Below are positions 1 to 10,069 of a DNA stretch of 64,000 bases, piece after piece. Every line of letters starts with the position of its first letter. Position 1 is the stretch's first letter. The notes below the pieces were generated by a model that had not been told where the DNA came from, searched no databases, and saw only the letters and a program-made list of their open reading frames with translations. Source of the stretch: Candidatus Cloacimonadota bacterium. GTDB lineage: Bacteria; Cloacimonadota; Cloacimonadia; Cloacimonadales; TCS61. A program made the translations under genes and the position numbers. The stretch lies in contig JAGGWK010000060.1 of assembly GCA_021157525.1 (NCBI GenBank), positions 11,293 through 75,292 of the forward strand, read 5' to 3'.

Positions 1-907
1 GCTCCGTCAGGAAGGCTCCATCGAAGAGGTGCTCAGTTACCTTGCAGAAGCTCACGTTACCTTTGAAAAAGACGATGCAATCTGGTTTCAATCTACCAAA
101 TATGGCGATGAAAAAGACCGGGTTCTGATGAAAGCCGACGGCACAATCACCTATTTTGTTCCCGATCTTGCCTACCATCTTACCAAATATCAACGGGGCT
201 TCGACATCATCATAGACGTTTTGGGCCCAGACCATCATGGTTACGTACCCCGTCTTCGGGCTGGCATCGAGAGCCTGGGATACGATGTCAATAAGCTGGA
301 AGTGGTCTATTTGCAGCACATCAACCTCTATCAGGATGGTGAGCTGGTGAAGATGTCTAAACGGGCCGGCCGTATAGTGAGCATGGACGACCTCTTCTTT
401 GAGGTAGGCAAGGATGCAGCCCGCTATTTCTTCCTGGATCGCAAACCCAGCGCACATCTCAATTTCGACATGGAACTGGCGAAAAAGCAATCTGCAGAAA
501 ACCCGGTATTTTATGTTCAATACGCACACGCACGCATCAACAGCATCCAGAGAAAAGCGAAAAAAGCCAAAATCTCGTTGAAAAATTTCGATGAGAAAGC
601 ACTACGAAAACTGGATAAGCCCGAAGAACTGGCTTTGATAAAAAAGATGTTGCAACTGCCGGAATTATTAAAATCCATAGCCGACACCCGGGAGCCTCAC
701 CGCCTTTGCACGTACGTTCATGACCTTGCGGGAATGTTGCACAAATATTATGCCCGCTATAAAATAGTAGATGAAAACCACATAGCCCTTTCTGAAGCCC
801 GGCTTTTCCTGCTGGTTTCGGTTAAAGGGGTAATTCGCCTCGTGCTGGGTTTATTGGGTATTTCGGCTCCGGAAAAAATGAAAAAGACCAAGAAAAAGCA
901 GGCATGA
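1..907 (+). CDS. argS: arginine--tRNA ligase, C-terminal part (5' truncated by window edge)
   Basis: ORF 29..907 continues in frame to position 1; motifs KMSKRAGRIVSMDDL and NPVFYVQYAHARI typical of the ArgS anticodon-binding/C-terminal region. Confidence 0.85.
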   Translation, partial: LRQEGSIEEVLSYLAEAHVTFEKDDAIWFQSTKYGDEKDRVLMKADGTITYFVPDLAYHLTKYQRGFDIIIDVLGPDHHGYVPRLRAGIESLGYDVNKLEVVYLQHINLYQDGELVKMSKRAGRIVSMDDLFFEVGKDAARYFFLDRKPSAHLNFDMELAKKQSAENPVFYVQYAHARINSIQRKAKKAKISLKNFDEKALRKLDKPEELALIKKMLQLPELLKSIADTREPHRLCTYVHDLAGMLHKYYARYKIVDENHIALSEARLFLLVSVKGVIRLVLGLLGISAPEKMKKTKKKQA

Positions 908-1416
908 GTAAGATAGTCATTATCTCTGATACCCATGGCAATCAGGCATTTCTACGGCAGGTTCTCAGCCGGGAAATGCCCTATACTCATCTTTTTCATC
1001 TGGGAGACAATTTTGGCGACCTGGATACCAATCCCGACTTACTGGAGGGCGTTACCTACGCCCACGTGCCGGGAATTTACCACCCGGGATATCGAAATCA
1101 TACCATCTCTCCCACCCTCAATGTAACAGTGGAGGGATGGCATTTTACGCTGGTTCACGCTATCCAAGATGCCAGAAAACTTCCGGTATCCTGCGATTTT
1201 ATCTGTTTTGGCCACACTCATAAGTGGTTTTTTAAACAGGAAGATAGCCACTATCTTCTCAATCCGGGACACCTAAAAGAGAGAATTAATCGTAACCAAA
1301 TGGCCTCATACTGCATTATTGTGGTAAGTGCGATGCAGGCCGACGTCACCTTTTACGGTCTCGACGGCAAAGCAATACATCATGATTGCATAGTAAAGAA
1401 CAGGGAGGAAGCATGA
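904..1416 (+). CDS. metallophosphoesterase (YfcE/MJ0936-like phosphodiesterase)
   Basis: 170 aa; IISDTHGN...LGD...GHTH motifs; ATGA start/stop overlap with argS. Confidence 0.7.
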   Translation: MSKIVIISDTHGNQAFLRQVLSREMPYTHLFHLGDNFGDLDTNPDLLEGVTYAHVPGIYHPGYRNHTISPTLNVTVEGWHFTLVHAIQDARKLPVSCDFICFGHTHKWFFKQEDSHYLLNPGHLKERINRNQMASYCIIVVSAMQADVTFYGLDGKAIHHDCIVKNREEA

Positions 1417-2399
1417 CGATAGAAGAAATCAATCGGCGGGTAATGGAAAAAAGTCAACTGATCGACCGCATCGAAGAAGAAGTAAGCAGGGTCGTAGTAG
1501 GTCAGAGCTACATGATCAAACGGATGCTTATCGGGCTTTTGGCAGATGGGCACATCCTTCTGGAAGGGGTTCCCGGCCTGGCAAAAACCCTCGCCGTAAA
1601 CACTTTGGCGAATACAATAAAAGCCGATTTTAAGCGAGTGCAATTCACTCCAGACCTTTTGCCGGCCGACTTGGTAGGCACCTTGATATTTAATCAGAAA
1701 ACCGGGGAATTCGTCCCCAAAAAAGGGCCTCTTTTTGCTCACTTTGTGTTGGCTGATGAGATAAACCGCGCACCGGCCAAAGTACAAAGTGCTCTGCTGG
1801 AAGCCATGCAGGAACGGCAGATCACCATCAGTGAAACCACCTATCCTCTGCCAAAGCCCTTTTTGGTTATGGCCACCCAAAACCCTCTGGAGCAGGAAGG
1901 AACCTATCCGCTCCCCGAAGCTCAGGTGGATCGTTTCATGCTGAAACTTCTGATAAATTACCCCACCCGCCAAGAAGAAAAGCTCATCCTCACCCGCATG
2001 GTGCGAGATGAAAAGATCGAGGTTTCTCCAGTGCTCACACCTACAGACATCCTTGAACTGCGGGAGCTGGTAAAAGACATCTACATGGAGGACAAAATAA
2101 ATGAGTACATCCTGGATCTGGTATTTGCCACCCGCAATCCCGAAAACTACTCCAAACTGGCAGACCTGAAAAACCTCATCGAATGCGGCGCTTCGCCACG
2201 GGCCACCATCTACTTGGCTCGAGCAGCAAAAGCCCACGCCTTCCTGGATCATCGGGGCTACGTAACTCCCGACGACATCAAGGCCATCGGTAGAGATGTG
2301 CTGCGCCATCGACTGATTCTTTCCTACGAAGCGGAAGCTGAGCAAATCACCCAAGAAGATATCGTTAGCAGACTCTTTGACGAAATAGAAGTTCCCTAG
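1413..2399 (+). CDS. moxR: MoxR-family AAA+ ATPase (first gene of Bat aerotolerance operon)
   Basis: Walker A GVPGLAKT, MoxR signature; start moved to ATG 1413 preceded by GGAGG; TGA of upstream gene overlaps. Confidence 0.85.
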   Translation: MTIEEINRRVMEKSQLIDRIEEEVSRVVVGQSYMIKRMLIGLLADGHILLEGVPGLAKTLAVNTLANTIKADFKRVQFTPDLLPADLVGTLIFNQKTGEFVPKKGPLFAHFVLADEINRAPAKVQSALLEAMQERQITISETTYPLPKPFLVMATQNPLEQEGTYPLPEAQVDRFMLKLLINYPTRQEEKLILTRMVRDEKIEVSPVLTPTDILELRELVKDIYMEDKINEYILDLVFATRNPENYSKLADLKNLIECGASPRATIYLARAAKAHAFLDHRGYVTPDDIKAIGRDVLRHRLILSYEAEAEQITQEDIVSRLFDEIEVP

Positions 2400-2415
2400 C
2401 CAAGGCGAGACAACT

Positions 2416-3297
2416 ATGGAAGCAACGGATATCATCAAACGAATCCGTAAAATCGAGATAACCACCCGGAACCTCGTGAATGAGCTGTTTTCCGGAGAAT
2501 ACCACAGCCTCTTTAAAGGTCAAGGTCTCGAGTTTTCGGAAGTTCGCGAATATCAGGATGGCGACAGCTATCGGCAAATAGACTGGAATGTGTCGGCCCG
2601 CATGGGCGCTCCCTATATCAAGAAATTTGAAGAAACTCGGGAGCTCAACGTCTTTTTCCTTATAGATACCAGCGCTTCAACACTCTTCGGCACCCGCCAC
2701 TATCTCAAGTCCGAGATGATCACTGAAATCGCCGGTGTCCTCTCCTTCTCTGCGCTGTCTAATAACGACAAAGTAGGGATGCTGCTCTTCACCGACCAGA
2801 TAGAGACCTACATTCCCCCTCGAAAAGGGAAAAAAGCTGCACTGCGTCTGTTGCGAGACATCCTCTATCATCAGCCAAAGGGCACCGGAACCGACATCAA
2901 CATGGCGGTGGAATACATTTACCGTCTCATCAAAAAGCGCAGCATAATCTTCGTGATCTCCGACTTTTTGGATAGCGATTATGAAAACAGCCTCAAGCTC
3001 TTGGCCAGGAAGCATGACGTCGTTGCCCTGCGGGTGATAGACAAAGCCGAAATGGAGCTTCCCAAAGCCGGTTTATTGCAATTCAGCGACCCTGAAACCG
3101 GAGAAAAACTCACCGTCAACACCTCATCAGAGAAGATTCGCACCCGTTACAGGGAATTGGCCCTCCAGCAACAAACCGCCCTGGAAGAGCGTTTCAAGCG
3201 CAACCAGATTGACCTGGTAACCATCCATACTGATGAATCTTATACCAAAGAACTGATGAAATTCTTTAAGTTACGCATAAAACGGAAAAACCGATGA
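2416..3297 (+). CDS. DUF58 domain protein (MoxR-associated, VWA-like)
   Basis: 293 aa; conserved DUF58 N-terminal region (YRQIDWNVSAR), conserved position after moxR. Confidence 0.8.
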   Translation: MEATDIIKRIRKIEITTRNLVNELFSGEYHSLFKGQGLEFSEVREYQDGDSYRQIDWNVSARMGAPYIKKFEETRELNVFFLIDTSASTLFGTRHYLKSEMITEIAGVLSFSALSNNDKVGMLLFTDQIETYIPPRKGKKAALRLLRDILYHQPKGTGTDINMAVEYIYRLIKKRSIIFVISDFLDSDYENSLKLLARKHDVVALRVIDKAEMELPKAGLLQFSDPETGEKLTVNTSSEKIRTRYRELALQQQTALEERFKRNQIDLVTIHTDESYTKELMKFFKLRIKRKNR

Positions 3298-4208
3298 AGA
3301 AAATGATCATACTTCTCCTGCTTTTAGTTGGATGCATCCTGCTGGGAGCCCAGCAGATAGAATCTGAGCTGATCAAGCCCGATACCCTCTATGTGGGTAC
3401 ACCGATGCAACTCCTGGTATCGGTCACCTGTGCGCCGGGAGACAGCGTTTTGGTGCCTGAACCCGACGTGATGGACATCTTCGTCCCTACGGATGTGCAG
3501 GAAAACGAGCAGCTCACCGATACCGCCCAACTCACGCAGTTTCTCTACACCTTTCAACCCTTTGATGTGGGCACCTTTACCTTTCCCGCGCTCCCCTTTA
3601 CGGTGCAACATCAGGGCACCCTCACCGAGCTCAAGACCAAACCCTTTGATGTAACTATTTATTCTGTTCTGCCAGACAGCGCCGGAGCTATCCGGGATAT
3701 CGCACCTCCGGTGGCGGTGAAACTGGGCTGGCTGGATATCCTGCTTCCCTTCCTGCTCATTGCCCTCATCATCGCAGCAATTATTTTTATCAAGCGCAGG
3801 CGAGGCAGGGATACATCCGTGCCAAAATCCCCGGTGCCCGAAGATACCCGCCCGGCATGGCGTATCGCCCTGGAAATGCTCTACCGGTTGCAGGATAAAA
3901 AACTGCTTTTCAATGGTGAATTCCTCGCTTTTCACTTTGAGCTTTCCATGATCTTACGCTTTTTCCTGGAACGACAGTTTCACTTTAATGCCATGGAAAT
4001 GACGACGATGGAGATCAAAGAAAATCTGCCTATGAAAGATGTGCAAAAACGCCGGGATGTACTGGAAAAATTGCGCTGGTTTGATATGGTAAAATTTGCC
4101 AGATATGCGCCAACTATGGCCGACAGTGAAGATGCGATGGCCTGGGTAGAATCCTTTTTAAAATCCTATGGATCTACACCCAAAACCACGGAGGCGAAGG
4201 ATGCTTGA
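3294..4208 (+). CDS. hypothetical membrane protein of Bat operon (signal peptide + internal TM)
   Basis: 304 aa; N-terminal signal MKKMIILLLLLVGC, TM segment LGWLDILLPFLLIALIIAAIIFI; synteny with Bacteroides moxR-DUF58-hyp-batA. Confidence 0.6.
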   Translation: MKKMIILLLLLVGCILLGAQQIESELIKPDTLYVGTPMQLLVSVTCAPGDSVLVPEPDVMDIFVPTDVQENEQLTDTAQLTQFLYTFQPFDVGTFTFPALPFTVQHQGTLTELKTKPFDVTIYSVLPDSAGAIRDIAPPVAVKLGWLDILLPFLLIALIIAAIIFIKRRRGRDTSVPKSPVPEDTRPAWRIALEMLYRLQDKKLLFNGEFLAFHFELSMILRFFLERQFHFNAMEMTTMEIKENLPMKDVQKRRDVLEKLRWFDMVKFARYAPTMADSEDAMAWVESFLKSYGSTPKTTEAKDA

Positions 4209-5184
4209 GTATGTAAATCCTCAATGGTTCTGGGCGCTACTCCTTCTTATTCCGGTGATTTTGTATGAGATTTTTGTACGGCCAAACAAGCAGGTACACC
4301 TCAGCCATAGTCGCCTTGATTTGCTCAAACAGGCTGCGGGGTACAGTAACTTTTTGCGGTTTATCCCTCTGATTTTGCGGGTGTTGGCCATCCTGTTTCT
4401 GGTGATAGCTCTGGCACGTCCGCGGCTGGCACACAAGCAACAGCACATCACAGGCAAAGGCATCGATATCATGCTGGCCATCGATGTGAGCGGTAGTATG
4501 AAAGCCCTGGATTTCAAACCGGTAAATCGTCTGGAAGCAGCAAAAAAAGTGGCCAGAGATTTCATTGATAAACGGGTGAATGACCGCATCGGCTGCGTGA
4601 TTTTCGCGGAAAATGCCTTTACCCAGTGCCCCCTCACCATTGATTACAACATCCTCATGAACATCATGGATCACATCCAGATAAATGAAGAAGCCAACGG
4701 CACATCCATCGGGCTGGGGTTGGCAACGGCAGTGGCGCGGCTCAAAGATTCCCCGGCCAAAACCAAGATCATCATCCTGATAACCGATGGCCGCAACAAC
4801 TCCGGTGAGATAGATCCCTCCACAGCAGCCGATCTGGCTGTCGCCTACGGCATCAAGGTATATCCCATAGGTGTCGGAAGTCGCGGACTAGTGGATTTTC
4901 CGGTGCAAACCGCCTGGGGTATGCAAACCAAGCAAGTGCAGATAGACATCGACATGGATGCTTTGGATGCCATTGCCGAAGCAACCGGCACCAGGCACGC
5001 CCGACTGGCTACAAACACCGACGAATTGGAAGAGATCATCCAGACCATCGATAAGATGGAAAAGACCGAAATAAAGATAAAAAATTATTTCACCTACGAC
5101 GAGCTTTTCCCCCGCTATCTGCTGCTGGCCCTTATATTTCTGGCACTGGAGCTGGGATTCAGGCTCTTCATTTTAAAATATTAA
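4201..5184 (+). CDS. batA: BatA (VWA domain membrane protein)
   Basis: N-terminal TM helices then VWA domain (DIMLAIDVSGSM, MIDAS motif); start at ATG 4201 after GGAGG. Confidence 0.85.
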   Translation: MLEYVNPQWFWALLLLIPVILYEIFVRPNKQVHLSHSRLDLLKQAAGYSNFLRFIPLILRVLAILFLVIALARPRLAHKQQHITGKGIDIMLAIDVSGSMKALDFKPVNRLEAAKKVARDFIDKRVNDRIGCVIFAENAFTQCPLTIDYNILMNIMDHIQINEEANGTSIGLGLATAVARLKDSPAKTKIIILITDGRNNSGEIDPSTAADLAVAYGIKVYPIGVGSRGLVDFPVQTAWGMQTKQVQIDIDMDALDAIAEATGTRHARLATNTDELEEIIQTIDKMEKTEIKIKNYFTYDELFPRYLLLALIFLALELGFRLFILKY

Positions 5185-5194
5185 TGAGGCACAT

Positions 5195-6208
5195 ATGAGA
5201 TGGGAACATCCTTTATACCTGATTTTTCTGATAGCTATTCCACTCATGGGAGCTGTTGCTTCGGTTATCGCGCACCGACGCAAACAACGGATGAGCGCCT
5301 TTGCCGAAACCCGCTTTTATGATTTTTTCATGCAGGAATTTTCCGCTTTTCATTGGGGACTCAGAAACGTGGTCTTTTTCCTGGCTCTGGTGTTTTTGAT
5401 TATTGCCCTGGCCCAACCCCAATGGAATAAAGAAGTGCAGATCATGAAAAAGGAAGGCATCGACATCGTGGTTTGCGTGGACGTATCCAAAAGCATGGAT
5501 GCGCAAGACATCAAACCCAGCCGCATCGATCGCGCCAAAGACCAGATCAGCCGCTTCATTGATGGATTGCGGGGAGACCGGATCGCTATCGTGGCCTTTG
5601 CAGGACGCAGCTTCGTGCAGTGCCCTCTCACCGATGACTACGGCGCTGCCAAGCTTTTCCTCAGTTTACTGGACACCGAAACCGTAACATCCTACGGCAC
5701 GGATATCGGTGGCGCTCTGCGAACAGCGATGCCCCTATTTTCCGAAGCGGAAAAGCATAAGGTGATCATCGTGGTGAGTGATGGCGAAGATCTGGAGGAA
5801 AATGCTCTGAAAGTGACGGAAGAAAGCGTAAAACAGGGGGCTGTAATCTACACCCTGGGCGTAGGCACCCCTCAGGGTACCACCATCCCGATATTAGATA
5901 AACAAGGTAACACCGTCTATGCAAAAGACGATGATGGCAACATTGTATTCACCAAGCTGGATGTATCCACCCTCACTGATATCGCCCGCAAAGGGAACGG
6001 TCGATTCTACCCCATCACGCCACAGCAATCGGAGATTTTCGAAATCCTCAACACCATTAATCAGATAGAAAAGAAGAAATTCGACAGCAAAGAGTATCTG
6101 CGCTACAAAGAACAGTATGCCTGGTTCGCCGCTATCGCTTTGCTGATACTGTGCATCGAGTGGCTCATTGTTACCCGCCGCAAAACCACCTTGAGGAGAA
6201 CAGTATGA
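5195..6208 (+). CDS. batB: BatB (VWA domain membrane protein)
   Basis: 337 aa; TM + VWA (DIVVCVDVSKSM); paralog of BatA. Confidence 0.85.
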   Translation: MRWEHPLYLIFLIAIPLMGAVASVIAHRRKQRMSAFAETRFYDFFMQEFSAFHWGLRNVVFFLALVFLIIALAQPQWNKEVQIMKKEGIDIVVCVDVSKSMDAQDIKPSRIDRAKDQISRFIDGLRGDRIAIVAFAGRSFVQCPLTDDYGAAKLFLSLLDTETVTSYGTDIGGALRTAMPLFSEAEKHKVIIVVSDGEDLEENALKVTEESVKQGAVIYTLGVGTPQGTTIPILDKQGNTVYAKDDDGNIVFTKLDVSTLTDIARKGNGRFYPITPQQSEIFEILNTINQIEKKKFDSKEYLRYKEQYAWFAAIALLILCIEWLIVTRRKTTLRRTV

Positions 6209-6948
6209 GACGCACAATTCTGGGGCTTATCTGCATCCTGCCTGCCTTACTGATGGCACAACCTATGCAATATGGCAAGGCTCTGAATAATCTCAAAGGC
6301 ATCCGGCACTACAAAAAAGGAGAGCTGGAGCCGGCGGAAAAAAACTTCAGTGAAAACGCCCTCACTCATCCCGATGACGGACGGCTGCACTTCAACCTGG
6401 GAAACGCCTATTACAAAGAGGGAAAATACGAACAAGCCGAAGCGGAATATCAGTTGGCCGCAAAAGACAAAAAATTCTCGGCGCAATCACAAATTCAGCA
6501 CAACTTGGGAAACGTAAAATATCAGCAGCAGGATTTCAAAACCGCCGTTGAACATTATCGCAATGCCCTCATCGCCGATCCAAACAACCGAGAAGCCCGT
6601 TACAACTATGAATTGGCAGCAAAAAACTTGCAGCGTCAGCAAAACCAGCAGCAACAGCAAAACGATGATAACAAAAATAAAGACGACAAGGAGAAACAAA
6701 AGCAACAGCAGCAATCTGACGACCAGCAAAAACAGGATAAAGAAAAACAGCAGAAACAGGAACAACAGAAGCAGGAACAACAACAGAAACAGGATGCTCA
6801 ACAAAAGCAGCAAAAACTGAAAAAAGACGAAGAGAAAAAAGATGCTGAGCAATTGCTGGAAGCTCTCTTGGCCAAAGAAAAAGAAGAGATGAAAGAAGAA
6901 AAGCGAAAGTTGAACGTTGACAAATCGAAATCCGGTAAATATTGGTAA
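6205..6948 (+). CDS. batC: BatC-like TPR protein with Q/K-rich low-complexity C-terminal tail
   Basis: signal peptide, TPR repeats (GNAYYKEGKYEQA..), then about 100 aa of Q/K/D/E low-complexity; start ATG 6205 after GAGGAG. Confidence 0.75.
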   Translation: MRRTILGLICILPALLMAQPMQYGKALNNLKGIRHYKKGELEPAEKNFSENALTHPDDGRLHFNLGNAYYKEGKYEQAEAEYQLAAKDKKFSAQSQIQHNLGNVKYQQQDFKTAVEHYRNALIADPNNREARYNYELAAKNLQRQQNQQQQQNDDNKNKDDKEKQKQQQQSDDQQKQDKEKQQKQEQQKQEQQQKQDAQQKQQKLKKDEEKKDAEQLLEALLAKEKEEMKEEKRKLNVDKSKSGKYW

Positions 6949-6977
6949 ATTCCTATAGAACGTGGATAGAGGAAATC

Positions 6978-8765
6978 ATGAAGCAACGAATCATCATTCT
7001 TTGGATACTGCTCCTTGCCTGCTCAGTAGCCTTTGGCGCCGAGCTGGAGGTACAGTCATACGTCGATCGCACCACTGTGGGTTTAGATGATTATCTGAAA
7101 TTCACCGTAGAAGTTACAGGATCTAAAGCGAACAAAGCTTCCATTCCCAGCCTCAGCGGTCTGAAGGGATTTCGGAATCTTGGCGCCTCCACATCGTCAT
7201 CATCCAGCTACTCGGTGGTAAATGGCAAAATGACATCCAGTGTTTCCGCCAGTACCACCTTCACATTACAACCTCTGGCTACGGGAGAGCAGATTTTACC
7301 GCCGGTGAGTGTGCAATTCAAAGGCAAAACCTACACCACCAAACCAATTCGCATCAAGGTAAAGGAAGGGAGCACAGAACCGGCTCCACCGGTTTCTCAG
7401 CAGATGCAGCAAAGGGGAAGCACCCATCAATCCTCGGATAAGTTAGCAGATAATATGTTCATTATCGCCGATGTTTCACAAAAATCGGTGTATAAATCTC
7501 AGCCCATCACGGTAGATTTTTACCTCTATACCAAGTATGATGTGCGCAATCTTTCTTTTGGTGAAGAGTCTTCTTACAGCGGTTTTTGGAAGGAAATCAC
7601 CTATACTCCCGACCATATTAATTTCCGCCGCACCACCTATGATGGCCAACTTTTCAATGTGATGCGGCTGCGCAGTATTACCCTGCTTCCCACCCGCAGT
7701 GGAGAACTATCCATTCCTCCTCTGGAGATGCTGATAGATGTAACCGTGCCAGCCCGCAGTTTCTTTGATTTTGGCTCCACCAAACGTTACACCATCCGCA
7801 GTAAAAAAATTCCTATAAAAGTGCGGGACATCCCTCTGGAAGGAAGACCGGAAAGCTACAGCGGCGCAGTGGGTTCGTTCACCATAAAAAGTGAAATCAG
7901 TGATACTCAAGTGAAATCCGGGGAATCCCTTACCTATACCATCACCATATCGGGTAGTGGAAATTTCAGCAATATCGAGCCGCCGGCTATGCCGGATGTT
8001 AATCATCTGCGCTTTGTTGAGCCGGAAATAACCAACGACGTTTCCAGCGGAGGCGTGAAGGGTAGCAAAGTCATCCGTTCTCTGGTGATTCCGGAAGAGC
8101 AGGGAACCTACACCATCCCAGCCCTGAGTTTTGCCTATTTCGATCCTCAGCAAAAAGCCTATAAAGTTCTCAAAACTGCTACTCACACCATCAATGTGGA
8201 CAAGGGTGAAACCCTCTACATCCCATCAGCCGGAGCTCAAAACGTGGTTCACATAGAAGGCGCAGACATCGGTTTTATTCAGATTCCCGACACGGTAACG
8301 TCTTTTCATCTTTACTTTGATGCAGCAGGATTCTGGCTCATCTGGCTTATTTTGGCTCTGTGCATTCCGGCAGCTGTGATCTTTGCAAAAGAGCAGGAAA
8401 AATTGCGTGGAAACCTGCATTATCAGCGGAAGCGCCTGGCTACACGCATCCTGAAGAAATACCTGAGACAGGCCACCGAATACGCACAAAACAAAGACAG
8501 AGCCTTTTACACCGCCGCTCAAACCGGACTTCTTACCTACCTTGCCGATGTGTTACACATAGCCCGCGGCAGTACCGCAGACGCAGTTTTGCTTGAGCTG
8601 AAAAGCCGTATCGATTCAGCAACGCTGTATCAGCGCACCAGTAGCATGATAGAGCGTTGCAACCAGGCGCGCTTCATGCCGGGAGGCTTTGCCAGCGAAA
8701 ACATCCCTCGGGATTTTGAATTGCTGAAGGAAATCATGGCCGACATCGCCAAACTGAAATTGTGA
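6978..8765 (+). CDS. batD: BatD (oxygen-tolerance protein)
   Basis: about 595 aa, N-terminal signal, C-terminal TM; BatD-like architecture and operon position. Confidence 0.75.
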   Translation: MKQRIIILWILLLACSVAFGAELEVQSYVDRTTVGLDDYLKFTVEVTGSKANKASIPSLSGLKGFRNLGASTSSSSSYSVVNGKMTSSVSASTTFTLQPLATGEQILPPVSVQFKGKTYTTKPIRIKVKEGSTEPAPPVSQQMQQRGSTHQSSDKLADNMFIIADVSQKSVYKSQPITVDFYLYTKYDVRNLSFGEESSYSGFWKEITYTPDHINFRRTTYDGQLFNVMRLRSITLLPTRSGELSIPPLEMLIDVTVPARSFFDFGSTKRYTIRSKKIPIKVRDIPLEGRPESYSGAVGSFTIKSEISDTQVKSGESLTYTITISGSGNFSNIEPPAMPDVNHLRFVEPEITNDVSSGGVKGSKVIRSLVIPEEQGTYTIPALSFAYFDPQQKAYKVLKTATHTINVDKGETLYIPSAGAQNVVHIEGADIGFIQIPDTVTSFHLYFDAAGFWLIWLILALCIPAAVIFAKEQEKLRGNLHYQRKRLATRILKKYLRQATEYAQNKDRAFYTAAQTGLLTYLADVLHIARGSTADAVLLELKSRIDSATLYQRTSSMIERCNQARFMPGGFASENIPRDFELLKEIMADIAKLKL

Positions 8766-8772
8766 GGAAATC

Positions 8773-9531
8773 ATGCGGAAATTAATGATCATCTTTACCC
8801 TGATACTCCCGCTTCTGGTGGGAGCCAACTCAACCATAGACACCGCTTTTCAGCGGGGTGTAACGGCCTACGAGAACCAGGAATATCAAGAGGCTCTGGA
8901 TATATTTTTACAGATTCAGGAGCAGGGCATCACCAATGCTGATGTGGCCTACAACATAGGTAACTGCTATTTTCGTCTGCAAAATATCGGCCTGGCAATT
9001 CTCTACTACAAGCGTGCCCTCCGCATCAATCCGGCCCACGGCCCTGCAGAGAAAAACCTCCGTTACGCCATGGAACTCACCGTGGATAAACAGCACCCCG
9101 CTACTGAGGATGCCTTCAGCAGCACCGTGTCGCGATCTTTCAATCGCATCCCGGCAAATGCCCTGGCTATCGCTGCGTTGATTCTTTTTGCGTTGATCGT
9201 TATCACCCTGTGCGCAATGATCATTTTTTGGCGGGGGCGTGAAAAATCGCTGCCCACCTTTATCCTCACCATCATCATCGTTTTCTGGATAATCGCTCTC
9301 TTTGGGGCCAATCTCAAGTGGCGGCAGTTTCATCATGATCCCACAGCGGTCATTATCGCTGACACAGTAATGGGCTATAGTGGCCCAAATGCAGAATACA
9401 CACGGGTTTTCACCATTCACGAAGGAATGATCTGCCAGATTGAACGGCAAGAAGAAGGCTGGAGTTTGATCAAATTGTCCAATGGTCTGGGAGGCTGGGT
9501 AGAGAACACAACATTTGCAAAGGTGCGTTAA
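8773..9531 (+). CDS. batE: BatE-like TPR + SH3b domain protein
   Basis: TPR repeats (ADVAYNIGNCYFRLQN), TM segments, C-terminal SH3-like GWSLIKLSNGLGGWVE. Confidence 0.7.
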   Translation: MRKLMIIFTLILPLLVGANSTIDTAFQRGVTAYENQEYQEALDIFLQIQEQGITNADVAYNIGNCYFRLQNIGLAILYYKRALRINPAHGPAEKNLRYAMELTVDKQHPATEDAFSSTVSRSFNRIPANALAIAALILFALIVITLCAMIIFWRGREKSLPTFILTIIIVFWIIALFGANLKWRQFHHDPTAVIIADTVMGYSGPNAEYTRVFTIHEGMICQIERQEEGWSLIKLSNGLGGWVENTTFAKVR

Positions 9532-9532
9532 T

Positions 9533-10069
9533 ATGAAAGAGATGCTCACGGTTCCAAATCTTTTGGGATTCGCCAGAATTTTGTTAGCTCCGGTCATTTT
9601 CTGGATGCTGATAACCGGAAATGATGCAACTTTTTATGTCATGGGAGCAGCTCTATTTACCGACCTTCTGGACGGCCTGCTGGCCCGGCTTTTGCACCAG
9701 ATCACCAACTTTGGCCGCATCCTCGATCCTATCGCCGATAGAATACTTTTCACCTTCGCTTTACTGGGTCTGTGCATCCGTTACAATTACACTGCGTGGC
9801 TGCTGTTCTTTAGCATCATCATTGTGCTCTACACCACGGTTTATATCGTGGTTCGCAAAGATCTCCAGCACTACGGCGTGCACCCAAATATGCTGGGGAA
9901 AGTCTGCGTGTTCCTCAATAGTTTCGTGTTGTGGGCTATGACTTGGGGGGTTTCATCCCAGTGGCTTTTAGCCCTTTTCACCCTGCTATTATTGATTCCC
10001 CAGTTCAATTATTTATTCATTTACCTTAAAATCAGACGGAATATCAATATTCGAAAAAAAGCTGATTAG
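9533..10069 (+). CDS. CDP-alcohol phosphatidyltransferase family protein
   Basis: DLLDGLLAR...GRILDPIADR motif (D-G-x2-A-R...G-x3-D-x3-D). Confidence 0.75.
   Translation: MKEMLTVPNLLGFARILLAPVIFWMLITGNDATFYVMGAALFTDLLDGLLARLLHQITNFGRILDPIADRILFTFALLGLCIRYNYTAWLLFFSIIIVLYTTVYIVVRKDLQHYGVHPNMLGKVCVFLNSFVLWAMTWGVSSQWLLALFTLLLLIPQFNYLFIYLKIRRNINIRKKAD

Noticed and set aside
1380-2465. 361-aa minus-strand ORF antisense to moxR. Similar long antisense ORFs occur at 17010-18419 and 18804-20081 over ileS/DUF1015, 22405-23424 over trpS, 11265-12278 over asnS, 13802-14842 over gpmI, and 27171-28079 and 26887-27591 over nadA/nadC.
   Set aside because: Each overlaps a confidently identified conserved gene on the opposite strand, has no recognisable motifs and lacks an RBS. 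These are shadow ORFs from GC-rich codon bias.
6487-6852. 121-aa minus-strand ORF of L/F repeats, and 90-aa plus-strand alternate-frame ORF, inside the batC tail
   Set aside because: Both are artefacts of the CAG/CAA/AAA low-complexity coding repeat of BatC. The reverse complement of poly-Q/K codons reads as L/F.
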